Below the pieces are notes generated by a model. The model searched no databases. It saw only the letters and a program-made list of their open reading frames with translations, and was not told the origin of the DNA. 64,000 nucleotides of DNA from assembly GCA_038087875.1 (NCBI GenBank), contig CM075978.1, forward strand, positions 62,310,001-62,374,000. The letters run 5' to 3'. Positions 1 to 11,355 of this stretch are shown here, one piece after another. Numbering within the stretch: position 1 is the stretch's first letter; each line of letters starts with the position of its first letter. Origin of the DNA: Malacoraja senta. Taxonomy: Eukaryota. Made by a program: the position numbers and the translations under genes.

Positions 1-365
1 TTACACCCCAGCGGTATGAATATTGACTTCTTTAACTTCAAGTAACCCTCGCTTTCCCTCTCTCTCCATCCCTCTCCCTTCCCAGTTCTCCGACCAGTCT
101 GACTGTCCTCCAATTACATTTTATCTCTGTTTGCTTTGTTGTCATCTTCTCCTAGCTAACAATGATCTATTCTACATTTTCATCTCTTTTGATCTCTTAC
201 ACTTCCTTATCTCGAACTCCCTCTCCCTTGATGCTCAGTCTGAAGAAGGGTCTCAAAATGTCACCTATTCCTTCTATCCAGAGATGCTGCCTGTCCTGCT
301 GAGTTACTCCAGCATTTTGTGTCTATCTTCGGTGTAAACCAGCATCTGCAGTTCCTTCCAACACT
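1..365 (+). mobile_element. 3' end of Penelope-like element (pLTR with degenerate hammerhead motif)
   Basis: Starts ttacaccccagcggtatgaa, identical to the post-GIY-YIG end of the PLE at 30741. Contains ctgaagaagggtct (240) and the gatgctgcctg...ctccagcattttgtgtct tail. Confidence 0.85.
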
Positions 366-1137
366 GAACAGCTCCTGAAATATGGCATCCATGAAATACG
401 CAGTCTCCATCTTAGATAGCAGTGACATTGCTCAAACTCCAGAGCCCAGAGCTCAAGCCCAGTTGGAGACACTACACTGGTTATTCAGGTCATGTTCCCA
501 AGTGGCACAGAGAGGGCTGTGATGAGTCCATGAATCTGCAGTGCCTTCCCATGCGTCTGTTTATTGGATTCATTTAATTAATAGTTAGAGAATATTAATT
601 ACTACTATTAAAATACTTATCCTGATTGAATCTTTTAAATTCCCTAGCTAATTGTTGAACTCACTGGAGCTCTGTCTCCCATGTTTTACTCTTGTGCTTC
701 TAACTATTACATGATGTCAGTTCTTTTCATGCATTCCTCTGAAGCCATACCGTGTATGGAGCATTGCTGCACTGAAAAGCTGCCACAGGAATCTGATAAT
801 GGCCATCTATTCTTTACTGATATCTGAATTTCAGATTAATGCTCATAGTATTGCTACATTTGAACACCCATTTTCCATGCTGATGCCTATGAACAATAAT
901 ATGATTTTGGGGGTTTTTATGTCACAATGCAGTAAACATAATTTGAGAAATAAATCAAACAAAAGCAGAAGCACACTTTCTCAGTATCGTAAATTTCAGC
1001 GATTTCAGGCATGTAGCAGAGCTGGTGAAGTAGTTAGCTGAAATTCTGTTCTGTAAAAATATGTTGTCTTTCATTATAGTGTCTAAAAGGAGGTGCTCTT
1101 TTAAACTGTTACTTAATTATATCCTGCTATGTTTCAG

Positions 1138-1249
1138 ATGATGGGAATCATTCTGACAAGACCAAAGAATTATTTCCGTGGTCTGAAGCCGCAGACAGCA
1201 GTAAATCAAAGGGCAAAGACAGACTGACTGGGAGAGCCAGAAGCTTTAA
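1138..1249 (+). CDS. Host gene internal exon A (DGNHSDKTKELFPWSEAADSSKSKGKDRLTGRARSF), unidentified protein
   Basis: gtttcag acceptor and AA|GTAAGT donor. Open in phase 1->2 and joins in frame to exon 15477. Confidence 0.7.
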
Positions 1250-1407
1250 GTAAGTGCAAGTGTGAAAGTGGAACATCTCTATATTCTGTTGGCAACTTTA
1301 CTGTTTGTGGAACTTGAGGCCATCATAATGTGAGTGTCCAGAATTCAATTATGAAGCTTGGGGCAAGAATGCAAGGACTTCTAATTTTAAATTACTAGTC
1401 AAGTTAC

Positions 1408-2381
1408 GGAAGTGGCGGCGCGGCCCTGGCTGCAGCGGCTCATCGGCAGTCCCGTTTGTTTGTGTTTTTTGTGTTGTTTATTTTTGTTTTGGTTAGTCTA
1501 GTTTTTGGTTCTTAGTTTGTGTTTTGGGGGGGTGGGGGGTTGAAACGGGGTTTGCAGTCCTCTCTGCGGGGGGAATGCGACTTTTTTGTCGTATTCCCCT
1601 TCTCTGCCTCCGTCTGCGCTGAGGCCTAATGGAGCTGATGACCTCGAGGCTCCGGAGGCAGAGCCCGTCAGGACTCGCCCTGAGCTCGCTCCCGTGAGGG
1701 TGGTCCGGCTCAGGGCTGGAACAGTGCTCCCGTGAGAGGTTGTGGCGCTCTCGTGAGGGCGGCCAGCCCAAGGGTGGAACGAGGCTCCCGTTGGAGCGGC
1801 CGAGCTCGGGCAGGTGCGGCGCTCGCAGCCCGAGGGAGGTTCGGCGCCCATGTCGGGGCGGCCCGGCCGGATGGAGAAGCGACGCCCAAGTCGGGACGGC
1901 CCGGCCCGGGGAAGAAGCGACGCCCATGTCAGGGCGGCCCAGCCCGGGGGAGGTTCGGCGCCCATGTCGGGGCGGCCCAGCCCGAGGCTGAAGACGGCAC
2001 GGTACTCACGTGAGGGTGGCTGGGACGGTGTTCTGACGGTGGCGGCCTGAGTCCGGGGTTCGGCCGCGGGCCAGCGGCTGCGTCTGCAGGACTGGTGGGC
2101 GGAAGCTTCGACCACCCCGGGCCGCGGTGTTTGAGCCGCGGGACTGATTTATAACATCGCCCGGGGGGTATCGCCTCAGCGCAGAGGGAGAAGAGGAGGG
2201 AAGAGACTGCAGACCTAAGACTTTTGCCTCCATCACAGTGAGGAGATGCTGGGTGGACTCACTGTGGTGGATGTTAATATGTGTTTATTGTTGTTTTTAT
2301 TGTATTATATGTATGACTGCTGCAATTTCGTCCAGACTTCGGTCTGAATGACAATAAAGGCATATCTATCTATCTATCTAT
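1408..2381 (+). mobile_element. CpG-rich non-autonomous retroelement (copy A) with Rex1/Babar-like tail
   Basis: gtggcggcg start, T-tract, G-run, hairpin 1570-1599, ~39-bp internal tandem repeats (1820-1990), ccatcacagtgagg module, and aatgacaataaagg(tatc)n tail. Related copies occur at 4733, 13500 and 16065. Confidence 0.75.
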
Positions 2382-2867
2382 CCTACATGTTAGGTTTTAG
2401 ATTCCAATACTGACCGAAGAATTCACTGGAGTCGAACCAAGTAAAACTTTTTAAAGTATTAGATGATTAAACTATGTGACTGATGTATATCTTAAAATAT
2501 GAATTATTGGCATTGCAGTGGTGTTTGGCACCAAAGAACTCGACTAAGACTGAAGTCATTTGGGACCAGGAGCAAATTCGTGTAGCTCTTCTTGGCCTAT
2601 GGAGGCTCATCAAAAGTTGTACCTTATGGAAACAGGTCATTTGGCCCACCGTTTAATGGTGTTGAATTGACATATATACTTATTAATCCCATCTATTTTT
2701 ATTAATAGTATCTTCCAGCACTTTTATGCCTGAGTGATTCAAGTGCTTGTCTAGACACTTAAATACTGTGAATGACAATGCTCCCCCCACTTTCCCAGGC
2801 AGTGTATTCCAAGTACTTGACCAAATATGCCGCTCTCTCAAATCCACAGTAAATCTCTTCTGCCTTA

Positions 2868-3083
2868 AGGGCCTGTCCCACTTTCATGACCTAATTCACG
2901 ACCTCTGCCGAGTTTGCCCTTGACTCATACTCGCAGCATGGTCGTAGGAGGACGTAGGAGGTCGTGATGCTAGTCGTAGGTACTCGTGGCATCAAGTAGG
3001 TCGGGGCGTTTTTTCTAGCATGATGAAAAATGTCCACAAGTAAAAAAGGTCGTGAATTAGGTCGTGAAAGTGGGACAGGCCCT
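2868..3083. mobile_element. PIF/Harbinger-type MITE
   Basis: TIRs agggcctgtcccacttt / aaagtgggacaggccct with a 3-bp TTA TSD (2865-2867, 3084-3086). Confidence 0.8.
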
Positions 3084-3249
3084 TTACCCTATATCTGTCC
3101 TTTATTTTTTTATCTACCTCTGATATGGGGAAATGTTTCCTACAGTCTTCCCATCTACACCCCTCACATTTTCTCCATAGATTTCTCTCATGGACCATCC
3201 CTTCTTCCATTCTTTATGCTTTGAAATCTGTTTACAAAGTAATATTCAA

Positions 3250-3620
3250 GAAGTTTTACAAGAATGTTTCCAGAAATTGAAGACTATAGGAAGAGGTTGT
3301 GCAGGCCAGGACTTTATTCCTTAGAATGCAGAAGTATGAAGGATGATCTTATAAAATCATGAGGGGAACGGATAGGATGAACACAATATCTTTTCCCGGG
3401 ATAGAGAAATCAACACTATAGGTTTAAGGTATCAACCTATAGAGAGGGGTAAGATTTAATAGGAACCTGCAAAACCTTTTCAGACAGAGTGTGATGGGCA
3501 TATGGGACGAGCTGACAGAGGAAGTAGTATAGTCAGGTACAATAACAACACTTAAAAGTGTGTTGGACAGGTACATGGATAGGAAATGTTTAGAGGGATA
3601 TGGGTCAAACGCAGACAGAT
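3250..3620 (+). mobile_element. CR1 LINE 3' fragment (degenerate)
   Basis: Similar to the CR1 RT C-terminal/3' region seen at 16935 and 60536. Confidence 0.7.
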
Positions 3621-3659
3621 AAATTAAATGTCAAATTGTAAAAGAAGAAAATTATACTA

Positions 3660-4425
3660 AATGAAAGTACGATTTTGTTTTCTGGAAGAAACTGTTTCTG
3701 GAATCTTGGCTTGGCATCGGATACTTTCATACTCAGATTCACTTCCACGTTCAAGTGATTTCTGCACATTAATAACATAGATTACGTACATTCCCGAACA
3801 AACCACTGCTCAAGTGCTCAAACATTTCAGCACTGTTTGGGACAACTTGAGGAATCCTCTTTGACTTGATACTGTAGTTGCTCAAATGCTGAACTTTAAA
3901 ATCATCCTTCAAAACAACATCATCAACAGCTTCAATCAAATTCTCTTCTTGGCTCTCAGAAATGGTGCCTGATTATCTGAAAATGGATGTTGAACCCAGA
4001 AAATCAAACCTGCAAACTGCCTGCTCTGAAGAAAACAATGCCTTTTAGTTGTAGTCCAATTTTGTTCGGATAATGAATGATAAGGATTCTCTCCATCTTT
4101 TCTCAAATTGTGGGATGACATAATATCTTCATGTCTGTCTCAACTGTTTTCGAAGGTGTGTGTTATTTTGGAAAATGAGTACCTGTGCATACACTATTCC
4201 CACAGATATCGATGTTAGAAGCCTTTGGATCCTGGAGATTTATCTTCTTTTAACCATTAATATTCCAAAATCATTGTTTTACTCATGCTAATGTCTTTGA
4301 GGTTCACAGTAACTCAAGGCTGATACACCATTATAGTTTCTGGAAGGTTTTCTAAGCCAGACACAAAATATTTCTTTGTTTTTTCAGCATTGTCCTTACT
4401 CCGCAATATAGTTTCTCCTCTAAAT
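3660..4425 (-). pseudogene. Decayed antisense exon-like segment (acidic, Ser-rich peptide remnants)
   Basis: Minus-strand acceptor gtgtttactttacag (AG at 4427-4426). Broken frames read FRGETILRSKDNAEKTKK..., SESQEENLIEAVDDVVLKDDFKVQHLSNY... and ERGSESEYESIRCQAKIPETVSS, with several stops and frameshifts. Confidence 0.4.
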
Positions 4426-4732
4426 CTGTAAAGTAAACACATTAACGTAAGCTAATCGTTCTTTTTACGTATACATGGAAGCTCTGGCAGTGTGGTATAT
4501 TTCTTGTTCACCTGCTTTTATAATATCACTTGTATTAATCCCTTAAATATTAGTTATTGCTTGTACACTGTCATACGTTTAATGAATATACAAACTTGAA
4601 GATAAGTTGATTTTATTCACACATTCCGTATCATGTTCTTCTGGCCTCAATACTGGCTTAAACAAAAAATCATTCCAAAATGTCCCCTAACCTCCTATGG
4701 GATGTGTTACAAATTTAGTCAGGAATTCCACC

Positions 4733-5309
4733 GGGTGGCGCCGTCAGCGATGGCAGCCTTGCTAACAGTCTGTCTGTCTTTTCGACTTTTTTGTTATTTT
4801 TAGTGTGTTTTAAAAGTTTGTGTTAATGTTCTCTGGTTTGTTTCATTTGGAGGGTGGGGGAGGGGGTCGGGGGAAACTTTATAAAAATCTCTTACCTTGC
4901 CGGAGATACGATTGTTTTCCGGATCGTATCTCCGGTCGCTCTGCGGCCTAACATCATGGAGCCGGAGGCCTTGCTCGGACTGACTTTGAGCCCCACCGCG
5001 GCGGCGTGGACTTACCATCGGAGCCGATCCCTTGCCTGGGATCGAGGCTCCAACGGATACGGAGCTTAATCACCCCGACGCGGAGGGCTCAGGAAGCCAA
5101 GATCGCCCCGTCAACGGAAGGCTCGAGGCCCCTGACCGCGGGAGAACAAAGAAGGGATCCATCACAGTGAGGAATGTGTCACTGTGGTAGATGTTTATGT
5201 TAAAATGTATTTTGTGTGTCTTGTTGCTTTTTATTGTTATGACTGTATGACAAATCAAATTCCTCATATGTTGCAAACATACTTGGCTAATAAAGTATGA
5301 CTATGATTA
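4733..5309 (+). mobile_element. CpG-rich non-autonomous retroelement (copy B)
   Basis: Same architecture as 1408-2381, with a perfect 13-bp hairpin at 4900-4935, the ccatcacagtgagg module and an aataaagtatgactatga tail. Confidence 0.75.
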
Positions 5310-5620
5310 GTTGGCCTTGGTCCCAGCTGAACTAAAAATAAATTCAGGAATATTGCTGGCAGTGCTCCTCAGGCCCCAGTTCCAGCTGTACCTCATATCA
5401 TTCTCTAAGAAATCTTTTCCATACCATTGATGCATATAGTTAATTTAAAAATCTCCTTTGCTGCATAAATCAATTTAATACAGTGAGTCTGTCTCCTGCT
5501 TGCTCCTTAATTAATTAACTAACAGTTGCTAAATTTATTTCATTGAATGCATTTATGAAGAACCTTTCCTGTCTTAAATTCACTTCCTCTGGCTTCCTAA
5601 CAAAATGTAATACAGGATTA

Positions 5621-5860
5621 CTAGAAACAGAGAACAGCAGATGCTGGTTTATACCAAAGATAGACACAAAGTACTGTAATAACTCAGCAAATCAGGCAGC
5701 ATCTCTGGAGAAAAAGGATGGGTGACATTTTGTATCAGGACCCTTCTTCAGACTCAGGAGACTCAATCTGAAGAAGGGTCCCGACCTGAAACATCACCCA
5801 TCCTTTTTTCTCCAAAGATGCTGCCTGTCCTGCTGAGCTACACCAGCACTATGTCTATTT
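5621..5860. mobile_element. Palindromic (head-to-head) PLE-end element with two hammerhead motifs
   Basis: Inverted arms meet at ...cccttcttcagactcag-gagact-caatctgaagaaggg.... The TSD taatacaggatta (5608-5620) recurs as taa+tacatgatta once the DIRS insertion is removed. Confidence 0.8.
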
Positions 5861-8789
5861 AATAGTAAGATTAAACGAGAACTTACCAGTTTGAAGTTTG
5901 ATCTTTATTTTATGAGGAGTTACGATGAGCGATTACGTGAAGAAGGCCGTCAAGGCGCATGCGCGTCAATCTTCAAAGCAGCGGCGTGAAATCACAGATA
6001 ACAGTTGTTGAACTAACATAGTAAGATTAGAGATGACTAGAACTACCAGATGATCTTTATGATACGAGGGTTGGGAGCGGAGGGCACGTAATCGCTCATC
6101 GTAACTCCTCATAAAATAAAGATCAAACTTGAAACTGGTAAGTTCTCGTTTAATCTTACTATTTCACTTCGGAGTCATGTGAGTGACTACGTGAAGATTT
6201 TGAAGCTCTGTGATTTCATGCCGCGGAAAACGAGTCCACACAAGCACGACTGCATCAGTTGACCACAGATAAGGGAAACATTCATAATACATACAGTCAT
6301 GACATAGATCCAAAACATGCTGATGCTGATAAATGAACAAATAATAATAATAGTACCTCTCTCTTCCGGGGGGAACTATAAAATAAAACCTAAAATATAG
6401 TTGGCAATGGGTTAATATAAAATGTGTGGAAAACTTGTTCGTTGTACCATCCTGCAGTCGGCAGGATGTGGTCCGGAGGAACGTACAACCCTTGCTGCTG
6501 ATGTTGTAGCAGCCCTGGTGGAGTGAGATTAGAAAATTAGTATCTACTCCTGCATAAGCCCAAACCACGTTTTAACCACCTGGAGATGGTCTGAACTGAT
6601 ACCTTCTTATGCGGTTATTGTAACTAACAAACATAGCTAGTATCAGAGCCTCTAAGGCTCTAAGTGACCTTGACGTAATGTTGTAAATGTGTGACCACAC
6701 ATAACCGAAGGTGCATTGGGTATGCTATGAGAACTAGTTTGAGACCTGACACCCCTGGGCTTAACTAAATCGTAAACATGAAATATCACATTATTAGCAG
6801 GTGAAACCATCCTGTCCAGTCGCAATTTATGTAATGACTGGACCCGTTGCGCTGAGAACAGCGCCAAGGGATAACTACCTTATTAGAGCCGAGCCAAAGA
6901 TAAGGATATAGCTGGAACCCCCTGGTGAAGTAATGTTAACACAATGTCAATATCCCATACTTCCGTGTACTTGGGTCTGGGAGAACTTGTGTAAAGATAT
7001 CATGAATAAACTGGATATTAGAGGGTGAAACCCGACAGAGCGGGTCCCGCTCACTGCAGCAAATATGATGAGAAAGCACGTTGGGCACAGTAAATGGGAC
7101 TATAACTTAATTTATTGTCAAGGGCCCATTGAAAATGAACTCTAAGACGTCAGTGTCCGTGCCGTATTATATGTAACATAGCATTTAAACAGAACGCTTC
7201 CCATCTACTGAAAAAGAAATGTACTGCTTTTTTGGTGCTATCCCTGCACTCTGCAGTGAGCACAAACATGGATTGGTCTGACAACCCGAGCCCCAGGAGC
7301 TGTCTTCTCAGATTCTGTAAGGCAATGAATTGATTAATCATGCAGAGGCTGGTTCCCCGAGTCCCAGGCTGAACGAGCAAAGTTTTATGTTTAGAAAACC
7401 CATATAAGGTTCTACTATAATTCCCAACATTTGCGGGTAACCATGGCTACATAGGCCAGTCAGACAGTACGAAAAACCCTGAAGCGGGATTTTGCTGAAT
7501 TTATTGCAAGACCCGATTGATGAGGCAAAATGGAGCAATGACATAAAAGAACATTCCTCCCCCGTGTAGCGAGAATGTATCTCTCGCCACTGTGATGCCA
7601 CATGTCTTTACAATCGGTGAATGAGGCTGGATGTAAACATATCGATATTCGGTGTTCCATCGAGCCATAATGTCATAAAATACTTTGTGATCCAACATCC
7701 ATTCTGTGTTGTCATTGATTTTACATGATGATACAGCAGTGCCAAATAAGGTTGGGTAATTTATGACAGGACACTTTGACTTAATTGCACCCATGTGACC
7801 AACATATGCCACCACCACAGTGTGTCAACCTGGAACTGAGCATGCAGATCATGCATCCGCACAATAACTCTTTAACCCATAGTATGCACCTAGTGTCTAT
7901 AGGTAGTTGATACCAAAACTGAAGAATGGGTAATTCATGCAAATCCCATCCGCCTCCGTAACTAGAGATGGCATTCGTAATTTTCCATCTTTGAGCACTA
8001 GACCAAAATTACTGGAGCAATGCTGAATATAGTTCGTCCACCATTGTGACTTAGGTAGCTTCAGCTGGTAATAGCATAGGATTGTTAACAATGACCTATA
8101 TGGCACTTGAGAGGTTACTACTTATACGTTGTAAGTTCTGATAATGCAAAGGCCCAATTACACAGCTGAAACACAGCTGCTATATTGCCAATTATACTTG
8201 ATGAATAGAAGACTGCTGATAACAAGGTTGTTACAGGTTTCTATAGATTCCAATCTCTTGCCCCAGGGCGGAGTCACAGATAAATTAATAGGTAAAGGTA
8301 AATCCGAATGACCAAACTCTAGTTGGTATCAACTTAAATTTAACTGGATGGATGAGGGACCTCAATTTCTCAAATATAGTCGCGGCTGAAACAGTTAATT
8401 TTAGCAAAACACAGCGTTTAGAATATCATCCAGGTAAGCCATAACAAATGTTTTTGAGCTCTGAGCAGTCCAAGGACCGGTTTAGTAATTGTGGTAGATG
8501 ACTTGCGAGCTGAAGTTAGCCCATTTGCAAAGCCTTAACTGTTATCATTGCCCCATCCAGATAAATTTCAAATGTCTCCGGTGATCCCTGTGAATGGGAC
8601 CTGAATAGTACTCATCTTTGAAATCGATGCATGCCATAAAGATCCTAAGGAAAGCAGATGTTAGACAGTAACGAAGTTCCATATACTGAAAAGTCTATGT
8701 TGCACATGCCAGTTAAATCAATTATGAACCGACATCCTCTATCCTTCAGAATGAACAGGCTACGCCTGCCATGTTTCCGTGCCTGCCTC

Positions 8790-8990
8790 GTACGGCAACT
8801 CTGGCCAGATTCCCGAGCCTGTCTCGAAAGACAACTCTGGCCTAATTTCCGAGCCTGTCTCGAAAGGTAATCCTGGCCATAATACTGAGCCTGCCTTGAA
8901 AGACAACTCTGGCCATATTTCCGAGCTTGTCTCGGAAGGCAATCCTGGCCATAATACTGAGCCTGCTCCGAAAGACAACTCTGGCACCAA
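8790..8990. repeat. 36-bp tandem repeat (~5.5 copies) inside the DIRS copy 1 pol region
   Basis: Units like gaaagacaactctggcctaatttccgagcctgtctc. Gives a 12-aa periodicity in ORF 8645..9025. Confidence 0.85.
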
Positions 8991-9842
8991 TTCCAAGCCA
9001 TACTTGGTACCCTGTATACTGTCATAATAATCCAATCACATGTTATAATTTTCAGTATATAACGGATCTGAATCTCATGTGATTATTGTCATTTGTACAA
9101 ACCAAGTGTAAATATTACCAACTTGTAAATGGTCCACTTACCACATGTTTCGAAAGAACCAGACCCACCTGCCTCCATGGTTACCGGTGGTCTTATGGTA
9201 AGCCCCTGGACCCTTGGCCAGCTTTCAAGCTGCCACCAGCTTCAGTGAACTGCTTACTGCCGATGAGGCGTGGGGTGTGTCGTCGCCGATATGATGAAGC
9301 TTTTGCTTCCTCATCCAGGTATACCTGTTGGATAAGTCTTACCTGAAGAGAAGACTCGCCGACCCCCGATAGTGCTGTTGACTGCCGGCACTTGTAGAGT
9401 GAGGGGAACTCTGGCCCCTTCTGGGTTTTCTGCCAAAGGCTGGAACCAATTCTTTCGGCAGTAACCCCTTCGCTTGCGAGTATTTCCTCGCACTCCTCTC
9501 CACAGAGAGGGAGATTCGTAGGCAGCCCTGAAAATAGGTGCTGCCGCAGGCTCCTGAGGATACCTGCGCTGACATGGCCCCTCCTACGGACCTATATCAG
9601 GATTTTTGGTCTGTCAGACTGAAACTGACCCTGAATGCTCCCCTCCTCAGAGACGGAGACATTGTGCAGCCCCGAAACAGGTGCCGCTGCCGCGGGCCCC
9701 TGAGGAGACCCACGCTGATAACTCCCTCCTTTGGAGTATATCATAGTGGAGCAACCTCTCCCTCAGGTGCTCCATGTGGGTTTAGGCGTCCGTAGACGAT
9801 CCATTGAAGGCCTGGCCCGACTTGCCCGAGTCCCAAGGCCTG

Positions 9843-10710
9843 ACCGGCTTACTGCTGGTTTGACCCCTTTCTGGGGCACCAGACCGCACTGTCAGCGACT
9901 CGGGTACCGAGACTGGCTTACTGCTGGCTTTACCCCCTTTGTGGGGAACCAGACTGCTGCTATCCTTTTATCGGTGCTCAATAGAGAGCATCTTAACATA
10001 CTGTGTATGCGTGTGGTACACCAGCTGCACAGCGGCTAAGAGGAAAGCGCTCCAGAGGGCTATTGACAACGCCCAGAAGATTATCGGCTGCCCTCTCCTC
10101 ACCTTGGAAGACCTACACAGTTCCCACTGTCTCAAAAAATCCCAGAACATCATAAAGGACATTTTCCACCCCGGTCACTCCCTGTTTGAACTGTTGCCGT
10201 CAGGCAGACGGTACAGATCAATGAGGACAAGGACAAACAGACTCAAAAACAGTTTTTATCCCACAGCAATAACTACACTTAATGTAGCCACCAAATGAGC
10301 GCAGGTGTGCTACACACCAAAGGGACTGTGAAATCGACAGAAGAATGTTTTTTTTTCATGTTATTTATTTTAGTTGTTTATTTTAGACTTTTGCTTTTAG
10401 AAAATGTGTGAATGGTGCACTGACTGGTTGGCATTTTTACTTTCGTTGTACATGTTTACATGTTATAATGACAATAAAGTATTCATTCATTCATAGCGGT
10501 CTAGGAGCCGCTAACCGCACTGTCAGCGACTCGGATGCCGAGACCGGCTTACTGCTGGTTTTACCCCCTTTGTGGGGAAACATAGCGGTCTGGGAGCCGC
10601 TGACTGCACTGTCAGCGACTCAGGTGGAGAGACCGGCTTACTGCTGGTTTTACCCCCTTTGTGGGGAACCATAGCGGTCTGGGAGCCGCTGACCCCATTG
10701 TCAGCGACTT
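9843..10710. repeat. ~80-bp tandem array in DIRS copy 1 5' region, split by a LINE insertion
   Basis: Repeated accggcttactgctggttttaccccctttgtgggga...gcactgtcagcgact units at about 9843, 9910, 10540 and 10630. Confidence 0.85.
9953..10493 (+). mobile_element. Rex1/Babar-type LINE 3' fragment nested in DIRS copy 1
   Basis: ORF 9939..10298 (FYRCSIESILTYC...HPGHSLFELLPSGRRYRSMRTRTNRLKNSFYPTAI) followed by aatgacaataaag(tcat)n tail. Confidence 0.85.
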
Positions 10711-11084
10711 GGGTTGCGAGCCCGAACGGCCGCCAGCTACCCGCGTTTCCACGGTCCAGACCAGGATCTCCCCATGGTCCATAACCCGGATTCCCCGCGA
10801 CCCATCCGACTTTGCCCCGAATCCAGCAGGCAAACTCTGTAAAGAGCTTCCTGCAACACAAAATTCAGAACCTAGACATACGTTTTGAAACTTACCTGAA
10901 GATTTAAACTTGCTGCTGGCAGGAGCAGCGCCTGCCAGCAGTAAGTCACGTAGTCACTCACGTGACTCCGAAGTAAAATACATGATTAACCTGTTTGTAG
11001 TGTGTTCTAGAAAAAGACACAATCCAATCCTTTTGTCATATTAGTCACTTCATGCCTGAGTGTCAGTCATGCGCACTGATGTTT

Positions 11085-11355
11085 ACTTTGAGCCTTTCAG
11101 TTTTGAACAGACCCTCTGAGTTTGCCGCAACCAGTGACCACCCCTGTACACTAGCACTATCCTACATACTAGGGACAATTTACAATTTTTACCGAAGCCA
11201 ATTAACTGGCAAACCTGTACGTCTTTGGACAGTGGGAGGAAATCGGAGCACCTGGAGCAAACCCACACAGTTACAGAGAGAGTCACATAGACAGGATCGA
11301 GCCTGGGTCTCTGGCACCGTGAGGCAGCAACTCTACCGCTGCTCCACTGTGCGGC
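11085..11355 (-). mobile_element. V-SINE/HE1-like tRNA-derived SINE
   Basis: Reverse complement of cacagtggagcagcggtagagttgctgcctcacggtgccagagacccaggctcgatcc (A/B-box-like head) plus the V-domain ctccgatttcctcccac. Confidence 0.85.

Larger units (their letters stand above)
5861..10978 (-). mobile_element. DIRS1-type tyrosine-recombinase retrotransposon, copy 1 (coding region decayed)
   Basis: Terminus 5861-5939 is the inverted complement of ICR 6085-6163, and 6164-6195 is complementary to the other terminus 10946-10978. Remnant peptides: SAQRVQSLHKLRLDRM (YR) and VAYVGHMGAIKS...NDNTEWMLD...DTFSLH (RNaseH/MT). Confidence 0.92.

Noticed and set aside
1493-2236. Many overlapping ORFs of up to 205 aa
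   Set aside because: They result from stop-poor GC-rich tandem repeats in a retroelement and show no domain signature. The same applies to 13607-14111 and 63597-63957.
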